This document shows, piece after piece, positions 1-11,199 of a stretch of 64,000 bases of DNA. The position numbers were made by a program, and so were the translations under genes. The notes under the pieces were generated by a model, which had not been told where the DNA came from, did not search any database, and saw only the letters and a program-made list of their open reading frames with translations. How positions within the stretch are numbered: the stretch's first letter is position 1; each line of letters starts with the position of its first letter. Source of the DNA: an uncultured Thermoleophilia bacterium (GTDB lineage Bacteria > Actinomycetota > Thermoleophilia > Gaiellales > Gaiellaceae); NCBI GenBank assembly GCA_963809765.1, contig CAWEKT010000001.1, forward strand, positions 253,973-317,972, given 5' to 3'.

Positions 1-548
<548 letters not shown>

Positions 549-572
549 CGACTCGACTCGGGAAGGGGCACG

Positions 573-881
573 GTGCCGCAACAGAAGATCCGCATCCGGT
601 TGAAGGGCTACGACCACACGCAGCTCGACCGCTCGGCGACCCAGATCGTCGACACGGCGCAGCGCACCGGTGCGACCATCACCGGCCCCGTGCCCCTACC
701 CACCGAGAAGAACGTGTACTGCGTGATCCGCAGCCCGTTCAAGGACAAGGACTCGCGTGAGCACTTCGAGGTGCGCACGCACAAGCGCCTGATCGACATC
801 CACAACCCGACGCCGAAGACGGTCGACTCGCTGATGCGGCTCGACCTGCCGGCCGGCGTCGACATCGAGATCAAGCTCTAG
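573..881 (+). CDS. rpsJ: 30S ribosomal protein S10
   Basis: 102 aa with a GTG start. [12 protein letters not shown]...[24 protein letters not shown] is the S10 core. First gene of the S10 operon. Confidence 0.97.
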   Translation: MPQQKIRIRLKGYDHTQLDRSATQIVDTAQRTGATITGPVPLPTEKNVYCVIRSPFKDKDSREHFEVRTHKRLIDIHNPTPKTVDSLMRLDLPAGVDIEIKL

Positions 882-889
882 GACAGCGC

Positions 890-1507
890 ATGAAGGGGAT
901 CGTTGGCAGGAAGCTCGGTATGACCCAGATCTTCGACCCGGAGAGCGGGCAGCTCACCCCCGTCACCGTGATCGAGGCTGGACCGTGCCCGGTGACCTAT
1001 GTGCGCACGAACGATGCGGACGGCTACGAGGCCGTGCAGCTGGCGTTCGACCCCGTCGCCGAGCGCAAGCTCTCGAAGGCCGAGGTCGGGCACCTGAAGA
1101 AGGGGCGCACGACTCCGCACCGACACCTCGTCGAGTTCCGCGGCGGCTCCGAGCTGACGGTCGGCGAGACGGTCACGGTCGAGGCCTTCGAGCCCGGTGA
1201 CAAGGTGAAGGTCGCCGGAATCGGCATCGGCAAGGGCTTCGCCGGGACGATCAAGCGACACAACTTCCACCGTGGGCCGGTCACGCACGGCTCGCACAAC
1301 ATCCGCAAGCCGGGCTCGATCGGCGCCTCCGCCACGCCGTCCCGTGTCTTCAAGGGGATGAAGATGGCCGGCCGCATGGGCGGCAAGCGCGTGACCCAGG
1401 TCGGCCTGACGGTGCACTCCGTCGAGCCGGAGCAGAACCTGCTGCTGGTGCGCGGCGCCGTGCCCGGGCCCAAGAACGGCATCGTCGAGATCCGGGAGCA
1501 GAAGTAG
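890..1507 (+). CDS. rplC: 50S ribosomal protein L3
   Basis: 205 aa. [10 protein letters not shown] and [31 protein letters not shown] are typical L3. Operon position fits. Confidence 0.97.
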   Translation: MKGIVGRKLGMTQIFDPESGQLTPVTVIEAGPCPVTYVRTNDADGYEAVQLAFDPVAERKLSKAEVGHLKKGRTTPHRHLVEFRGGSELTVGETVTVEAFEPGDKVKVAGIGIGKGFAGTIKRHNFHRGPVTHGSHNIRKPGSIGASATPSRVFKGMKMAGRMGGKRVTQVGLTVHSVEPEQNLLLVRGAVPGPKNGIVEIREQK

Positions 1508-2163
1508 TGGCCGCGCCGAAGGCACCGGTCCTCGACGCCTCGGGCGGGGCGGCCAAGCAGGTGACGCTCGCCGAGAGCGTGTTCGCGACCGAGGGGAAGG
1601 CTCACCTCGTGCACGAGGCCGTCCGCGCCGAGCTGAACGCCCGCCGCGCCGGCACCCGAGCCGCCAAAACCCGCGGGCTCGTCTCGGGCGGCCGCGGCAA
1701 GCCGTGGCGCCAGAAGGGCACCGGTCGCGCTCGCGCGGGAACCATTCGCGCGCCGCAGTTCACCGGCGGCGGCGTCGCGTTCCCGCCCACCGCGCACACG
1801 TTCGACGTCAAGGTCAACCGCAAGGCATGGCGCAGCGCGCTCTGCACCGCGCTCACCGACCATGCGCAGCGCGACACGCTCGCGATCGTCGACGCCGGCG
1901 TCTTCGACGCCCCCTCGACGAAGCAGGCGCTGGCTGTCCTCGACGGGTTCGGCAAGGAGCTCCCGGCCGTGGTCGTCGTGACCGCGGAGGAGGAGAACGT
2001 CATCAAGTCGTTCCGCAACCTCGACCGCGTGCTCGTGCTCGAGCCGGCCGAGCTCGAAGTGGCGACGGTCGTCTGGGCGCGCACCCTGCTCGTGACCGAG
2101 CGCGGGCTCGAGGGCCTGCAGCGGCGGGCCGGCCTCAAGCCGGCCGACGGGGAGGGCGCATGA
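1507..2163 (+). CDS. rplD: 50S ribosomal protein L4
   Basis: 218 aa; the GTG start abuts the rplC stop. [29 protein letters not shown] is the L4 signature. Confidence 0.96.
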   Translation: MAAPKAPVLDASGGAAKQVTLAESVFATEGKAHLVHEAVRAELNARRAGTRAAKTRGLVSGGRGKPWRQKGTGRARAGTIRAPQFTGGGVAFPPTAHTFDVKVNRKAWRSALCTALTDHAQRDTLAIVDAGVFDAPSTKQALAVLDGFGKELPAVVVVTAEEENVIKSFRNLDRVLVLEPAELEVATVVWARTLLVTERGLEGLQRRAGLKPADGEGA

Positions 2164-2456
2164 GCCTGCATCCGAACGAAGTGCTGCTGGCCCCGGTGCT
2201 CTCGGAGAAGAGCTACCACGGCATCGACACCGGCCGGTACTCCTTCCGCATCCACCGCGACGCGCACAAGACGCAGGTGCGCCAGGCCGTCGAGGAGCTC
2301 TTCGGCGTCAAGGTCGATCGCGTGAACATCATCAAGGTGCCGCCCAAGCCCAAGCGCCGCGGCCTGACCACGGGCATCCGCCCGGGTTGGAAGAAGGCCG
2401 TCGTGCAGCTGAAGCCGGGCGAGAGCATCGAAATCTTCCAGGACCCGGGGGTCTAG
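2160..2456 (+). CDS. rplW: 50S ribosomal protein L23
   Basis: 98 aa. ATG 2160 overlaps the rplD stop (ATGA). Lies at the 3' end of track ORF 1704..2456. [10 protein letters not shown]...[12 protein letters not shown] is L23. Confidence 0.95.
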   Translation: MSLHPNEVLLAPVLSEKSYHGIDTGRYSFRIHRDAHKTQVRQAVEELFGVKVDRVNIIKVPPKPKRRGLTTGIRPGWKKAVVQLKPGESIEIFQDPGV

Positions 2457-2461
2457 AGCCG

Positions 2462-3307
2462 ATGCCAGTTCGCAAGTTCAAGCCGACGAGCCCTGGCCGC
2501 AGGTTCATGTCCGTCTCGACCTTCGAGGAGGTCACGAAGAAGGAGCCGGAGAAGAGCCTGCTGGAGCCGGTCAAGAAGACGGGCGGCCGCAACAACAACG
2601 GCCGGATCACGACCCGGCACCGCGGCGGCGGCCACAAGCGCCGCTACCGCGTCGTCGACTTCAAGCGGCTGAAGGACGGTGTGCCGGCCAAGGTTGCAGC
2701 GATCGAGTACGACCCGAACCGCTCGGCCCGGATCGCGCTGCTCCACTACGCCGACGGCGCCAAGGCCTACATCCTCGCCCCGGCGCGGCTGCGGGTCGGC
2801 GCCATGGTCGAGTCCGGCCCTGGGGCTGACATCAAGCCCGGCAACGCCCTGCCGCTGGCCAACATCCCCACCGGCACGCTGATCCACAACGTGGAGCTGA
2901 AGCCGGGCCAGGGCGGCAAGATGGCGCGCTCGGCGGGCGCCGGCGTCCAGTTGGTCGCGAAGGACGACGGCTACGGGGTACTGCGCCTCGCCTCCGGCGA
3001 GATGCGCCGCGTGCCGCTGACCTGCCGCGCCACCGTCGGGCAAGTCGGAAACGTCGACCACCAGAACATCTCGGGCGGGAAGGCCGGCCGCAGCCGCTGG
3101 CGCGGCAAGCGCCCGACCGTGCGCGGCTCGGCCATGAACCCGGTCGACCATCCGCACGGCGGCGGCGAGGGCAAGTCGAAGGGCGGCCGGCACCCGGTGA
3201 CGCCGTGGGGCGTGCCGACGCTCGGCAAACCGACCCGTCGCAAGCACAAGGCGTCCGACAAGCTGATCGTCCGGCGCCGCCGGCGCGGAAAGGAAGGTAG
3301 GCGGTGA
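2462..3307 (+). CDS. rplB: 50S ribosomal protein L2
   Basis: 281 aa from ATG 2462 (the track ORF begins upstream at 2387). [14 protein letters not shown] and [13 protein letters not shown] are L2 hallmarks. Confidence 0.96.
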   Translation: MPVRKFKPTSPGRRFMSVSTFEEVTKKEPEKSLLEPVKKTGGRNNNGRITTRHRGGGHKRRYRVVDFKRLKDGVPAKVAAIEYDPNRSARIALLHYADGAKAYILAPARLRVGAMVESGPGADIKPGNALPLANIPTGTLIHNVELKPGQGGKMARSAGAGVQLVAKDDGYGVLRLASGEMRRVPLTCRATVGQVGNVDHQNISGGKAGRSRWRGKRPTVRGSAMNPVDHPHGGGEGKSKGGRHPVTPWGVPTLGKPTRRKHKASDKLIVRRRRRGKEGRR

Positions 3308-3588
3308 GCCGCTCGTCCAAGAAGGGCCCGTTCGTCGAGGAGCGGCTGATGAGCCGCATCGAGGCCATGAACGCCTCGAACGAGAAGCGCATGGTGCGCA
3401 CCTGGTCGCGCTCCTCCACCGTCTTCCCGGACATGGTCGGGCACACGATCGCCGTCCACGACGGCCGCAAGCACGTGCCGGTGTTCGTCACCGAGCAGAT
3501 GGTGGGGCACAAGCTCGGCGAGTTCGCGCCCACGCGCACGTTCCGCGGCCATGCTGGTGACCGCCAGGCACAGGTGAAGAAGCGCTAG
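3304..3588 (+). CDS. rpsS: 30S ribosomal protein S19
   Basis: 94 aa; GTG start overlaps the rplB stop. [10 protein letters not shown]...[17 protein letters not shown] is S19. Confidence 0.97.
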   Translation: MSRSSKKGPFVEERLMSRIEAMNASNEKRMVRTWSRSSTVFPDMVGHTIAVHDGRKHVPVFVTEQMVGHKLGEFAPTRTFRGHAGDRQAQVKKR

Positions 3589-3590
3589 CC

Positions 3591-4196
3591 ATGGCCGCGA
3601 CCCAGACATCCGACGGCACGCGCGAGGTCCGCGCCGTCGCCAAGTGGCTCCGGATCACGCCCCGCAAGGCGCGGCTGACCGTCGAGCACATCCGCGGCCG
3701 CACGGTGCCCGAGGCCCGCACGGTGCTCGCATTCACGCAGCGCGCCGCCGCGCGTGAGGTGGAGAAGATTCTCCGCTCCGCGGTCGCGAACGCCGAGGCG
3801 AACCACGACCTGATCGGCGACGAGCTCGTGATCTCGAGCGTCGTCGTCGACGAGGGGCCCGTGATCAAGCGCTGGCGCGCCCGCGCGCGCGGCCGCGCGT
3901 CTCGGATCGGCAAGCGCACCTGCCACATCACGCTCACGCTGGCACCGCTCGACGGCGCTACTGTGTCGCCGAAGCGCGCGAGGCCGCCGGCCGTCCCCGA
4001 GCAGGACGCCGAGGCCGAGCCGCAGGCCGCAGGTGCGTCGAAGGAGAAGGCGTCGGCGCGCCGCGAGCAGAAGGCTGCCGACGCGCAGGCAGGCGACGTG
4101 TCGCCTGCTGAGGAGGCCGAGGGCGCCGCCAGCGAGGAGAAGCCGAAGCGGAGCCGCCGCAAGCCGAAGGCGGCGGATGAAGGGAGCGACAGCTAG
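3591..4196 (+). CDS. rplV: 50S ribosomal protein L22 with ~80-aa charged C-terminal tail
   Basis: 201 aa. L22 core ([20 protein letters not shown]...[23 protein letters not shown]) followed by an Ala/Glu/Lys/Pro-rich tail. Confidence 0.95.
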   Translation: MAATQTSDGTREVRAVAKWLRITPRKARLTVEHIRGRTVPEARTVLAFTQRAAAREVEKILRSAVANAEANHDLIGDELVISSVVVDEGPVIKRWRARARGRASRIGKRTCHITLTLAPLDGATVSPKRARPPAVPEQDAEAEPQAAGASKEKASARREQKAADAQAGDVSPAEEAEGAASEEKPKRSRRKPKAADEGSDS

Positions 4197-5296
4197 TGGG
4201 CCAGAAGATTCACCCCGGCGGCCTTCGGGTCGGCGTCATCCACGACTGGAAGTCGAACTGGTACGCAGGCCGGAAGGAGTACGCCGCGATGCTGCTCGAG
4301 GACGTGAAGATCCGCGAGCACATCTACCGCAAGCTTTCGCACGCGGGCCTCTCGGACATCCTGATCCGCAAGGACAACCAGCGGATCACGATCGACATCT
4401 ACACCGCCCGGCCCGGCATCGTCATCGGCAAGTCCGGCGCCGAGGTGGACGCCCTGCGCCGTGAGATCCACGGCATGACGCAGAAGAACGTCCACATCAA
4501 CATCAACGAGATCAAGCGGCCCGAGCTCGACGCCAAGCTCGTCGCGCAGTCGATCGCCGAGCAGCTCGAGAACCGGGTCAGCTTCCGGCGTGCGATGAAG
4601 CGCTCGCTCGCCTCCGCGATCCGCTCGGGCGCGCACGGGGTCAAGATCACCTGCGGCGGCCGGCTCGGCGGCGGCGAGATGAGCCGCTCGGAGACCTACT
4701 CCGAGGGCCGCGTGCCGCTGCACACGATCCGCGCCGACATCGACTACGGGCAGACCGAGGCGAAGACGACCTTCGGCCGCATCGGCGTCAAGGTCTGGAT
4801 CAACAAGGGCGAGATCATGCCGGAGGGCTACGAGAGCATGACCAGCCGCGACACGCGGCTCGGCGACCAGGACCAGGCGCGTCGCCGAGGCGGCGCCGCC
4901 ACCGGGCTCGCCGCCTCCCGCGAGGGCGGCCGCGGGCGCAGCGCCGACCGCGAAGGCCTCGGCCCGGTGCGCCAGCGGCGCCGTGGCGAGCGCCCAGGCG
5001 CCGGTCGCGGGCCGGGCGGGCGAGGCGCCCGCGGACGCGGCAGCGGCGGCGGCCAGGCCAACGTCGAGCGCCCGCGCACCGACGACGCCGGCGTGACGGC
5101 CGAGGGCCGCGAAGTGCCGGCGGTGGAGCCGGAGGTCACGACGACGCCGGCCCCGGTGGCCGAGGCGCCGGACACCACGACGCCGAAGCAGATGCAGGAG
5201 GACCCGCCCAAGCTCGACCAGGCCGGTGACCCGCCGGCCGAGAGCCCGGCAGGCGAGGGCTCCGGCTCGAAGGGCACGAAGAAGGGCAAGAGCTAA
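4196..5296 (+). CDS. rpsC: 30S ribosomal protein S3 with ~150-aa RGG/Pro-rich C-terminal tail
   Basis: 366 aa. [12 protein letters not shown], a KH domain and [13 protein letters not shown] identify S3. The tail keeps GC3 bias and stops 4 nt before rplP. Confidence 0.95.
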   Translation: MGQKIHPGGLRVGVIHDWKSNWYAGRKEYAAMLLEDVKIREHIYRKLSHAGLSDILIRKDNQRITIDIYTARPGIVIGKSGAEVDALRREIHGMTQKNVHININEIKRPELDAKLVAQSIAEQLENRVSFRRAMKRSLASAIRSGAHGVKITCGGRLGGGEMSRSETYSEGRVPLHTIRADIDYGQTEAKTTFGRIGVKVWINKGEIMPEGYESMTSRDTRLGDQDQARRRGGAATGLAASREGGRGRSADREGLGPVRQRRRGERPGAGRGPGGRGARGRGSGGGQANVERPRTDDAGVTAEGREVPAVEPEVTTTPAPVAEAPDTTTPKQMQEDPPKLDQAGDPPAESPAGEGSGSKGTKKGKS

Positions 5297-5299
5297 CCG

Positions 5300-5722
5300 A
5301 TGCTGCTCCCCAAGAAGACCAAGTACCGCAAGACCCATCGCGGGCGCCGCAGGGGCATGGCCAAGGGGCAGACGGAGGTGCAGTTCGGCGACTTCGGCAT
5401 CAAGGCGCTCGAGAACGGCTGGTTGACCAACCGGCAGATCGAGGCCGCCCGAATCGCGATGACGCGCAAGATCAAGCGCGGCGGCAAGGTCTGGATCAAC
5501 CTCTTCCCCGACAAGCCGGTGACCCAGAAGCCCGCCGAGACCCGGATGGGATCCGGCAAGGGCTCGCCCGAGCACTGGGTCGCCGTCGTCAAGCCCGGCC
5601 GCGTGATGTTCGAGCTCGCCGGCGTGCCGGAGCCGCTCGCCAAGGAGGCGCTCAGGCTGGCCGGCCAGAAGCTGCCGGTGAAGACCAAGTTCGTGAAGCG
5701 GGAGGCAGCGCTCTTCGAGTAG
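5300..5722 (+). CDS. rplP: 50S ribosomal protein L16
   Basis: 140 aa. [17 protein letters not shown] and [24 protein letters not shown] are L16. Confidence 0.97.
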   Translation: MLLPKKTKYRKTHRGRRRGMAKGQTEVQFGDFGIKALENGWLTNRQIEAARIAMTRKIKRGGKVWINLFPDKPVTQKPAETRMGSGKGSPEHWVAVVKPGRVMFELAGVPEPLAKEALRLAGQKLPVKTKFVKREAALFE

Positions 5723-5747
5723 CGCCGCCCGGCATGGAGAGGACGAG

Positions 5748-5951
5748 ATGAAGACGAGAGAGCTACACGAGATGAGCGACAAGGAGCTGGCCGAGCGGCT
5801 GGCGGACACCCGGAAGGAGCTGTTCAACCTCCGCTTCCAGTCGGCGACCGGCGCGCTCGAGAACCCGGCCCGCATCAAGCTGGCCAAGCGCGAGATCGCC
5901 CGCATCCTGACCGTGCGTCACGAGCGCGAGCTCTCACTGGAGAGTCACTGA
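5748..5951 (+). CDS. rpmC: 50S ribosomal protein L29
   Basis: 67 aa. [23 protein letters not shown] is L29. Operon position fits. Confidence 0.95.
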   Translation: MKTRELHEMSDKELAERLADTRKELFNLRFQSATGALENPARIKLAKREIARILTVRHERELSLESH

Positions 5952-6740
5952 TGGCAGACAAGAAGAAGAAGAACGAGCAGCCAGAGCAGACGGAGGAGAC
6001 GACCGACGTGGTCGAGGAGACCTCGGTGGAGCCGTCTGCCCCTGCTGCAATGGCGGCCGAGGCCGACGCTGCCGCCGAGGAGGCCGCTGCGGCCGAGGAG
6101 CCGCCGGTGAACGACCCGGACCCGGCCCCCGACGCCGAGCCGGTCGTTGCCGCTGAGGAGGCGCCGGCGGACGAGACGCCGGCCGAGGAGCCTGCGCCAG
6201 AGCCCGTCGCCGAGGCTGAGGAGACGCCCGCCGAGGAGCCCGTCGCCGAGGCCGCGGAGGCACCTGCCGAGGCTGCTGCAGACGAGCCGGTCGCCGAGGC
6301 CGAGGAGGCGCCCGCCGAGGCTGCCGCCGACCGAGCCCGTCGTCGAGGCGGAGGCTGCGACTGCCCAGCCGACGGCGAAGAAGAAGCGCAAGCACGTGCC
6401 CCGATCGGAGCGGCGCCAGCGCTCGAAACCGGAGCGCGAGCGCCCGGCGGAGCGCAAGCCCATCGTCCGGCTGCCGAAGCCGGACGGCGACCGCGGCCGG
6501 CGCCAGGAGCGCCGCGGCGTGGTCGTGTCCGACGCGATGGACAAGACGATCGTCGTCCTCGTCGAGACCGTGAAGGCGCACCCGCGCTACAAGAAGGTCG
6601 TCCGGCGCTCGACGAAGTTCCATGCCCACGACGAGGCCAACACCGCCGGCGTCGGCGACACCGTCCGCATCATCGAGACTCGCCCGCTGTCCAAGACCAA
6701 GAACTGGCGCCTCGCCGAGGTGCTGGAGAAGGCGCGCTGA
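5951..6740 (+). CDS. rpsQ: 30S ribosomal protein S17 with long N-terminal extension; frame broken by one extra base at 6332
   Basis: ATG 5951 overlaps the rpmC stop (TGATG), exactly where rpsQ normally starts. Frame 1 (5951-6331) encodes acidic Ala/Glu/Pro repeats. The +1 frame (6333-6740) continues the repeat, then a Lys/Arg block, then the S17 core [29 protein letters not shown]...[21 protein letters not shown] stand-alone S17 from GTG 6396 is the alternative. Confidence 0.85.
6257..6353 (+). repeat. Two tandem copies of a 48-nt coding repeat ([16 protein letters not shown]) within the rpsQ extension
   Basis: Copy 1 (6257-6304) and copy 2 (6305-6353) align codon by codon. Copy 2 has an extra C at 6332 (GAC-c-GAG versus GAC-GAG). 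Confidence 0.85.
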
Positions 6741-6747
6741 GGCCAGC

Positions 6748-7116
6748 ATGATCCAGCAGGAGTCCAGGGTCCGTGTCGCCGACAACACCGGCGCCCGCGA
6801 GCTGCTCTGCATCCGCGTGATGGGCGGGTCGAAGCGCCGCTACGCGCGCGTGGGCGATGTCATCGTCGGTACGGTCAAGAGCGCCACGCCGCAGGGCGCA
6901 GTGAAGAAGGGCGAGGTCGTCCGCGCCGTGGTCGTCCGCACCAAGAAGCCCTTCGGCCGCGACGACGGTACCCAGATCGCATTCGACGAGAACGCGGCGG
7001 TGATCATCGACGCGGCGCAGAACCCGCGCGGCACCCGCATCTTCGGCCCCGTCGCGCGCGAGCTCCGTGACCGCAACTTCATGAAGATCGTCTCGCTGGC
7101 ACCGGAGGTGCTCTGA
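6748..7116 (+). CDS. rplN: 50S ribosomal protein L14
   Basis: 122 aa from ATG 6748 (the track ORF starts upstream at 6622). [18 protein letters not shown]...FGPVARELR is L14. Confidence 0.97.
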   Translation: MIQQESRVRVADNTGARELLCIRVMGGSKRRYARVGDVIVGTVKSATPQGAVKKGEVVRAVVVRTKKPFGRDDGTQIAFDENAAVIIDAAQNPRGTRIFGPVARELRDRNFMKIVSLAPEVL

Positions 7117-7118
7117 CC

Positions 7119-7490
7119 ATGGCAGCCGCCAAGATGCGCATTCGCAAGGGTGACCTCGTCCAGGTCCTGAGCGGCAAGGACCGCGGCAAGCAAGGCCGCG
7201 TGCTCGAGGCACGCCCGGCCGACCGGAAGGTCGTCGTCGAGAACCTCAACGTGGTCAAGCGGCACATGAAGCCGCGGCCGATGCGCGACCCCAGCCGCAT
7301 GGGCGCCGCGCAGATCATTCCCGGCGGTGTCATCGACCTGCCCGCGCCGCTGCAGATCTCGAACGTGATGCTCGTCTGCCCGGTCTGCCACCGGCCGACG
7401 CGCGTCGGGCACGAGCTCAAGGAGGTGAAGGGCGAGCGCATCGTCACCCGCGTCTGCAAGCGGGCCGACTGCAAGCAGCCCGTCGACTGA
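7119..7490 (+). CDS. rplX: 50S ribosomal protein L24 (Cys4 form)
   Basis: 123 aa. KOW motif [23 protein letters not shown]-terminal CPVC...CKRADC resembles Thermus-type L24. Confidence 0.95.
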   Translation: MAAAKMRIRKGDLVQVLSGKDRGKQGRVLEARPADRKVVVENLNVVKRHMKPRPMRDPSRMGAAQIIPGGVIDLPAPLQISNVMLVCPVCHRPTRVGHELKEVKGERIVTRVCKRADCKQPVD

Positions 7491-8077
7491 TGAGCGCCAC
7501 GGCCACCGACTATCAGCCGCGCCTGAAGCGCGCGTACGTCGACGAGCTGCGGCCGCGGCTCCAGGACGAGCTCGGCAAGAGCACGCTCATGGACGTGCCC
7601 CGCATCGAGAAGATCACGCTCAACATGGGCGTCGGCGAGGCGAAGACCGACTCCAAGACGCTCGACGCGGCGATGGACGAGCTGACGATCATCGCCGGGC
7701 AGCGCGCGCAGCTGCGCCGCGCCCGCCGCTCGATCGCCGGCTTCAAGCTCCGCGAGGGCATGCCGGTCGGCACCAAGGTGACGCTGCGCGGAGACCGCAT
7801 GTACGAGTTCCTCGACCGCCTGGTCTCGATCGCGCTCCCGCGCATCCGCGACTTCCGCGGCCTCGACCCGGAGTCTTTCGACGGGCGCGGCAACTACTCG
7901 CTCGGCATCCGCGAGCAGATCATCTTCCCGGAGATCGACTACGACAGCGTCGCGTCGATCCGGGGCCTGGACGTCACGATCACGACCACCGCGAAGACGG
8001 ACGACGACGGCCGCGCACTGTTGCGCGGCCTCGGCCTGCCGTTCGCCGCCTCGCGGGACGGAGGAGAGAACCAGTAA
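7490..8077 (+). CDS. rplE: 50S ribosomal protein L5
   Basis: 195 aa. [16 protein letters not shown] and [28 protein letters not shown] are L5. Confidence 0.97.
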   Translation: MSATATDYQPRLKRAYVDELRPRLQDELGKSTLMDVPRIEKITLNMGVGEAKTDSKTLDAAMDELTIIAGQRAQLRRARRSIAGFKLREGMPVGTKVTLRGDRMYEFLDRLVSIALPRIRDFRGLDPESFDGRGNYSLGIREQIIFPEIDYDSVASIRGLDVTITTTAKTDDDGRALLRGLGLPFAASRDGGENQ

Positions 8078-8262
8078 TGGCCAAGAAGTCCCTCGTCGTC
8101 AAGGCTGCGCGCACGCCGAAGTACAAGGTGCGCGGCTACCGCCGCTGCAACCGCTGCGGGCGCCCGCGCGCGGTCTTCAAGAAGTTCGGCATGTGCCGCA
8201 TCTGTCTGCGCGAGCTCGCGCACCAGGGCGCCATCCCCGGCATGACGAAGTCGTCCTGGTAG
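8077..8262 (+). CDS. rpsN: 30S ribosomal protein S14, zinc-binding type Z
   Basis: 61 aa with [20 protein letters not shown]. Position between rplE and rpsH. Confidence 0.96.
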   Translation: MAKKSLVVKAARTPKYKVRGYRRCNRCGRPRAVFKKFGMCRICLRELAHQGAIPGMTKSSW

Positions 8263-8271
8263 GAGCGAGAA

Positions 8272-8667
8272 ATGCTGACTGATCCGATCGCCGACATGCT
8301 CACCCGCATCCGCAACGCCAACAAGGCGATGCACGAGACCGCCTCGATGCCCACCTCGCGGCTCAAGGAGCAGATCGCCCGCATCCTCAAGGAGGAGGGC
8401 TACATCTCCGACTTCCGCGTCGACAAGGGCGAGGCGTTCGACACGCTCGTGATCGAGCTGAAGTACGGACGCAACCGTGAGCGCGTGATCTCGAACCTGC
8501 GGCGTGTGTCGACGCCAGGCCGCCGCGTGTACGCCGGCAAGGACCGTCTGCCGCGGGTGCTGGGCGGCATGGGCACGGCTATCCTGTCGACCTCGCAGGG
8601 CCTGGTGACGAGCAAGACGGCCGCCGAGCGGGGAGTCGGCGGCGAGGTGATCTGCTTCGTCTGGTGA
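8272..8667 (+). CDS. rpsH: 30S ribosomal protein S8
   Basis: 131 aa. [16 protein letters not shown]...GGEVICFVW is S8. Confidence 0.97.
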   Translation: MLTDPIADMLTRIRNANKAMHETASMPTSRLKEQIARILKEEGYISDFRVDKGEAFDTLVIELKYGRNRERVISNLRRVSTPGRRVYAGKDRLPRVLGGMGTAILSTSQGLVTSKTAAERGVGGEVICFVW

Positions 8668-8701
8668 CGCTCTGCGTCGCCCGCGAGAGACGGTGAGCTG
8701 A

Positions 8702-9235
8702 ATGAGTCGAATCGGCCGCAGACCAATCGAGTTGCCCGACGGCGTCAACGTCGCGATCGACCCTGGCCGCGTCATGGTCTCGGGGCCGCTCGGGGAGCTC
8801 CAGCAGCAGGTGCCGCTCCGCATGCAGATCGAGCGCGAGGACGGCCAGCTGGTCGTCACGCGACCGACGGAGCGCGGCGAGGACCGTGCGCTGCACGGGC
8901 TGACGCGCACGCTCGTGGCGAACATGGTCGAGGGCGTCACCAAAGGCTTCGAGAAGCGCCTCGAGATCCAGGGCGTCGGCTACCGCGCTGCCCTGCGCGG
9001 GACGTCGCTCGAGCTGAACGTGGGCTACTCGCACCCGGTCGTCATGGAGGCGCCGAGGGGCATCACCTTCGAGGTGCCGACGCCGACCCAGGTGTTCGTC
9101 AAGGGCATCGACAAGCAGCAGGTGGGCCAGACGGCCGCCGAGGTGCGCAAGGTGCGCCCGCCGGAGCCCTACAAGGGCAAGGGAATTCGCTACGAGGGCG
9201 AGTACGTACGCCGCAAGGTGGGTAAGCGCGCATGA
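8702..9235 (+). CDS. rplF: 50S ribosomal protein L6
   Basis: 177 aa. [14 protein letters not shown]...[12 protein letters not shown]...[14 protein letters not shown] is L6. Confidence 0.97.
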   Translation: MSRIGRRPIELPDGVNVAIDPGRVMVSGPLGELQQQVPLRMQIEREDGQLVVTRPTERGEDRALHGLTRTLVANMVEGVTKGFEKRLEIQGVGYRAALRGTSLELNVGYSHPVVMEAPRGITFEVPTPTQVFVKGIDKQQVGQTAAEVRKVRPPEPYKGKGIRYEGEYVRRKVGKRA

Positions 9236-9585
9236 GCCAGCTGACAGTGCTCCAGGCTCGCCGGCGGCGCCACCGCCGTGTGCGCGGCAAGGTGGCCGGC
9301 ACTGCCGAGCGCCCCCGCCTCGTCGTCTTCCGCTCGAACCGCGGCATCGAGGCGCAGCTCGTCGACGACGACGAGGGCCGCACGATCGCCGCCGCCAGCT
9401 GGCTGCAGCTCGGCAAGGCGGCAGGCTCGAAGAGCGACCAGGCAAACGCCGTCGGCAAGCTGCTTGCCGAGCGGGCCAAGGCCGCAGGGGTCGAGACGGC
9501 AGTCTTCGATCGCGCCGGCTACCTGTACCACGGCCGCGTCAAGGCCCTCGCCGAGGGCGCGCGGGAGGGAGGACTCCAGATTTGA
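9232..9585 (+). CDS. rplR: 50S ribosomal protein L18
   Basis: 117 aa; start overlaps the rplF stop. [20 protein letters not shown]...[23 protein letters not shown] is L18. Confidence 0.96.
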   Translation: MSQLTVLQARRRRHRRVRGKVAGTAERPRLVVFRSNRGIEAQLVDDDEGRTIAAASWLQLGKAAGSKSDQANAVGKLLAERAKAAGVETAVFDRAGYLYHGRVKALAEGAREGGLQI

Positions 9586-10382
9586 GCACCATGGCCCAGG
9601 GACGCGACCGCGTCATCAGCGATCCGTCAGGCGACGGACGCGAGCTGAAGGAGCGCGTCGTCGAGATCAACCGTGTCGCCAAGGTCGTCAAGGGTGGCCG
9701 CCGCTTCTCGTTCACGGCGCTCGTCGTCATCGGCGACGAGGTCGACCGGGTCGGCGTCGGCTACGGGAAGGCGCGCGAGGTCCCGCTTGCCATCTCGAAG
9801 GCGGTCGACGACGCGAAGAAGAACCTCTTCACCGTCCCCCGTCACGGCACAACCATCACGCACGAGATCCTCGGCGCGTTCGGGGCGGCCAGGGTGCTGC
9901 TGCGCCCCGCGAGCGAGGGCACCGGCGTCATCGCCGGCGGCGGCGTCCGTGCCGTCCTCGAGCTGGCCGGGATCCGCGACATCCTCGCGAAGAGCCTCGG
10001 CACGACGAACCCGATCAACATGCTCAAGGCGACCGTCAACGGCCTGCAGAGCCTGCGCCGTCCCGAGGAGGTCGCCAAGACGCGCGGCGTGAAGATCTCC
10101 GACGTGCTGCCGCCGCGACGGGAGCCCGTCGAGGAGCCCGGTGCGCCCGCCGAGGACGAGTCCGTGCTCGAGAAGGTGAAGGACGCCGCCGAGGAAGTCG
10201 TCGACCGGGCGCGCCCGGTCGTCGAGGAGGTCGTCGAGAAGGCCGAGGAGCTCGTCGACGAGGTGCGCTCGATCCCGGTCGTGATCCAGGCCGAGGAGAA
10301 GGCCGAGGAGCTGATCGACAAGGTGAAGGACGCGGTCAGCGGCGACGACGAGCCGAAGAAGAAGCGCGGGAAGAAGAGCTGA
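9582..10382 (+). CDS. rpsE: 30S ribosomal protein S5 with ~95-aa acidic C-terminal tail
   Basis: 266 aa. TTG 9582 (or ATG 9591) overlaps the rplR stop. S5 core [24 protein letters not shown]. The tail has EEVV/AEEL helical repeats and ends KKKRGKKS. Confidence 0.95.
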   Translation: MSTMAQGRDRVISDPSGDGRELKERVVEINRVAKVVKGGRRFSFTALVVIGDEVDRVGVGYGKAREVPLAISKAVDDAKKNLFTVPRHGTTITHEILGAFGAARVLLRPASEGTGVIAGGGVRAVLELAGIRDILAKSLGTTNPINMLKATVNGLQSLRRPEEVAKTRGVKISDVLPPRREPVEEPGAPAEDESVLEKVKDAAEEVVDRARPVVEEVVEKAEELVDEVRSIPVVIQAEEKAEELIDKVKDAVSGDDEPKKKRGKKS

Positions 10383-10567
10383 TGGCCACGGTGCGGGTGA
10401 CCCAGGTTCGCAGCTCGATCGGCCAGAGCGAGCGCCATCGCGGCACGCTGCGGGCGCTCGGGCTCGGCCGCATCGGCCGCTCCGCGGAGCACCAGGAGAG
10501 CCCGCAGCTCGACGGTATGCTGCGGAAGGTGCGGCATCTCGTCCAGATCGAAGCCGCCGCCGACTGA
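10382..10567 (+). CDS. rpmD: 50S ribosomal protein L30
   Basis: 61 aa. ATG 10382 overlaps the rpsE stop. Lies at the 3' end of track ORF 9278..10567. VRVTQVRSSIGQSERHRGTLRALGLGRIG is L30. Confidence 0.94.
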   Translation: MATVRVTQVRSSIGQSERHRGTLRALGLGRIGRSAEHQESPQLDGMLRKVRHLVQIEAAAD

Positions 10568-10569
10568 CC

Positions 10570-11193
10570 ATGACCGAGGAGCTCTCCCTTTCGACGTTGA
10601 AGCCCGCCGAGCCGCGGCGCGACCGCAAGCGCGTCGGGCGCGGCCTGGGCTCCGGCAAGGGCCGGTATTCCGGCCGCGGCATCAAGGGTCAGAAGTCGCG
10701 CTCGGGCTCGCACAAGATGCGGCCCGGCTTCGAGGGCGGCCAGAACCCACTGCAGATGCGGCTCGGCAAGCGGCGCGGCCCCTACTCCAAGGACGCCATG
10801 CCCATGGGCCCGCACCGCACCTCCACGCAGCCGGTCAATGTCCGTGACCTCGAGGCGCGCTTCGAAAGCGGCGCCGACGTCACGCTCGAGGCGCTGGTCG
10901 ACTCTGGCCTGATCAAGAACACCCGTACCGACGTCAAGATTCTCGGCCACGGCGAGCTGACGAAGAAGCTCACCGTGACGGCTCATCGGTTCTCCGCCAA
11001 GGCGCGCGAGCTGATCGAGGGCGCCGGCGGCACCGCCGTCGCGCTCCGGGAGCCGGCGCCGCCCAAGCGCAGGCGCCGAAAGAGCTCCCCGCCGGCCGCG
11101 GCCGCTGCTGCGCAGCCGGCCGAGCAGGCCGAGCAGGCCGAAGAATCACCCGCCGCGGGCAAGGACTCCGGGGCGGAGAGCGAAGACACTTAG
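10570..11193 (+). CDS. rplO: 50S ribosomal protein L15 with ~55-aa C-terminal tail
   Basis: 207 aa. GRGLGSGKGRYSGRGIKGQKSRSG is the L15 core. The tail is Ala/Pro/Glu-rich. Confidence 0.95.
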   Translation: MTEELSLSTLKPAEPRRDRKRVGRGLGSGKGRYSGRGIKGQKSRSGSHKMRPGFEGGQNPLQMRLGKRRGPYSKDAMPMGPHRTSTQPVNVRDLEARFESGADVTLEALVDSGLIKNTRTDVKILGHGELTKKLTVTAHRFSAKARELIEGAGGTAVALREPAPPKRRRRKSSPPAAAAAAQPAEQAEQAEESPAAGKDSGAESEDT

Positions 11194-11199
11194 ACGACC

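Noticed and set aside
4193-5905. Very long antisense or alternative-frame ORFs. Examples: 4193..5905 minus (570 aa), 1024..1863 minus, 45482..47356 plus, 49197..51179 minus, 51088..53226 minus, 53605..55188 minus, 46103..47971 upstream part.
   Set aside because: Their translations are Arg/Ala/Gly/Pro-rich with no recognisable domains. They lie opposite or out of frame to clearly conserved genes. High GC content suppresses stop codons, so such ORFs are expected by chance.
5990-6353. Repetitive DNA in the rpsQ extension as a possible CRISPR-like or satellite repeat.
   Set aside because: The repeats are in-frame codon repeats encoding Ala/Glu/Pro peptides, with no spacer architecture.
7380-7490. 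A Cys4 (CPVC...CKRADC) cluster at the C-terminus of L24 as a novel zinc ribbon.
   Set aside because: A similar CxxC...CxxC arrangement is present in Thermus-type L24. It fits the zinc-form S14, L36 and S4 N-terminus also seen here, so it is not novel.
9278-10567. A 429-aa plus-strand ORF spanning rplR, rpsE and rpmD.
   Set aside because: Only its last 61 codons (L30) are real. The rest is an Arg-rich alternative frame of L18 and S5.
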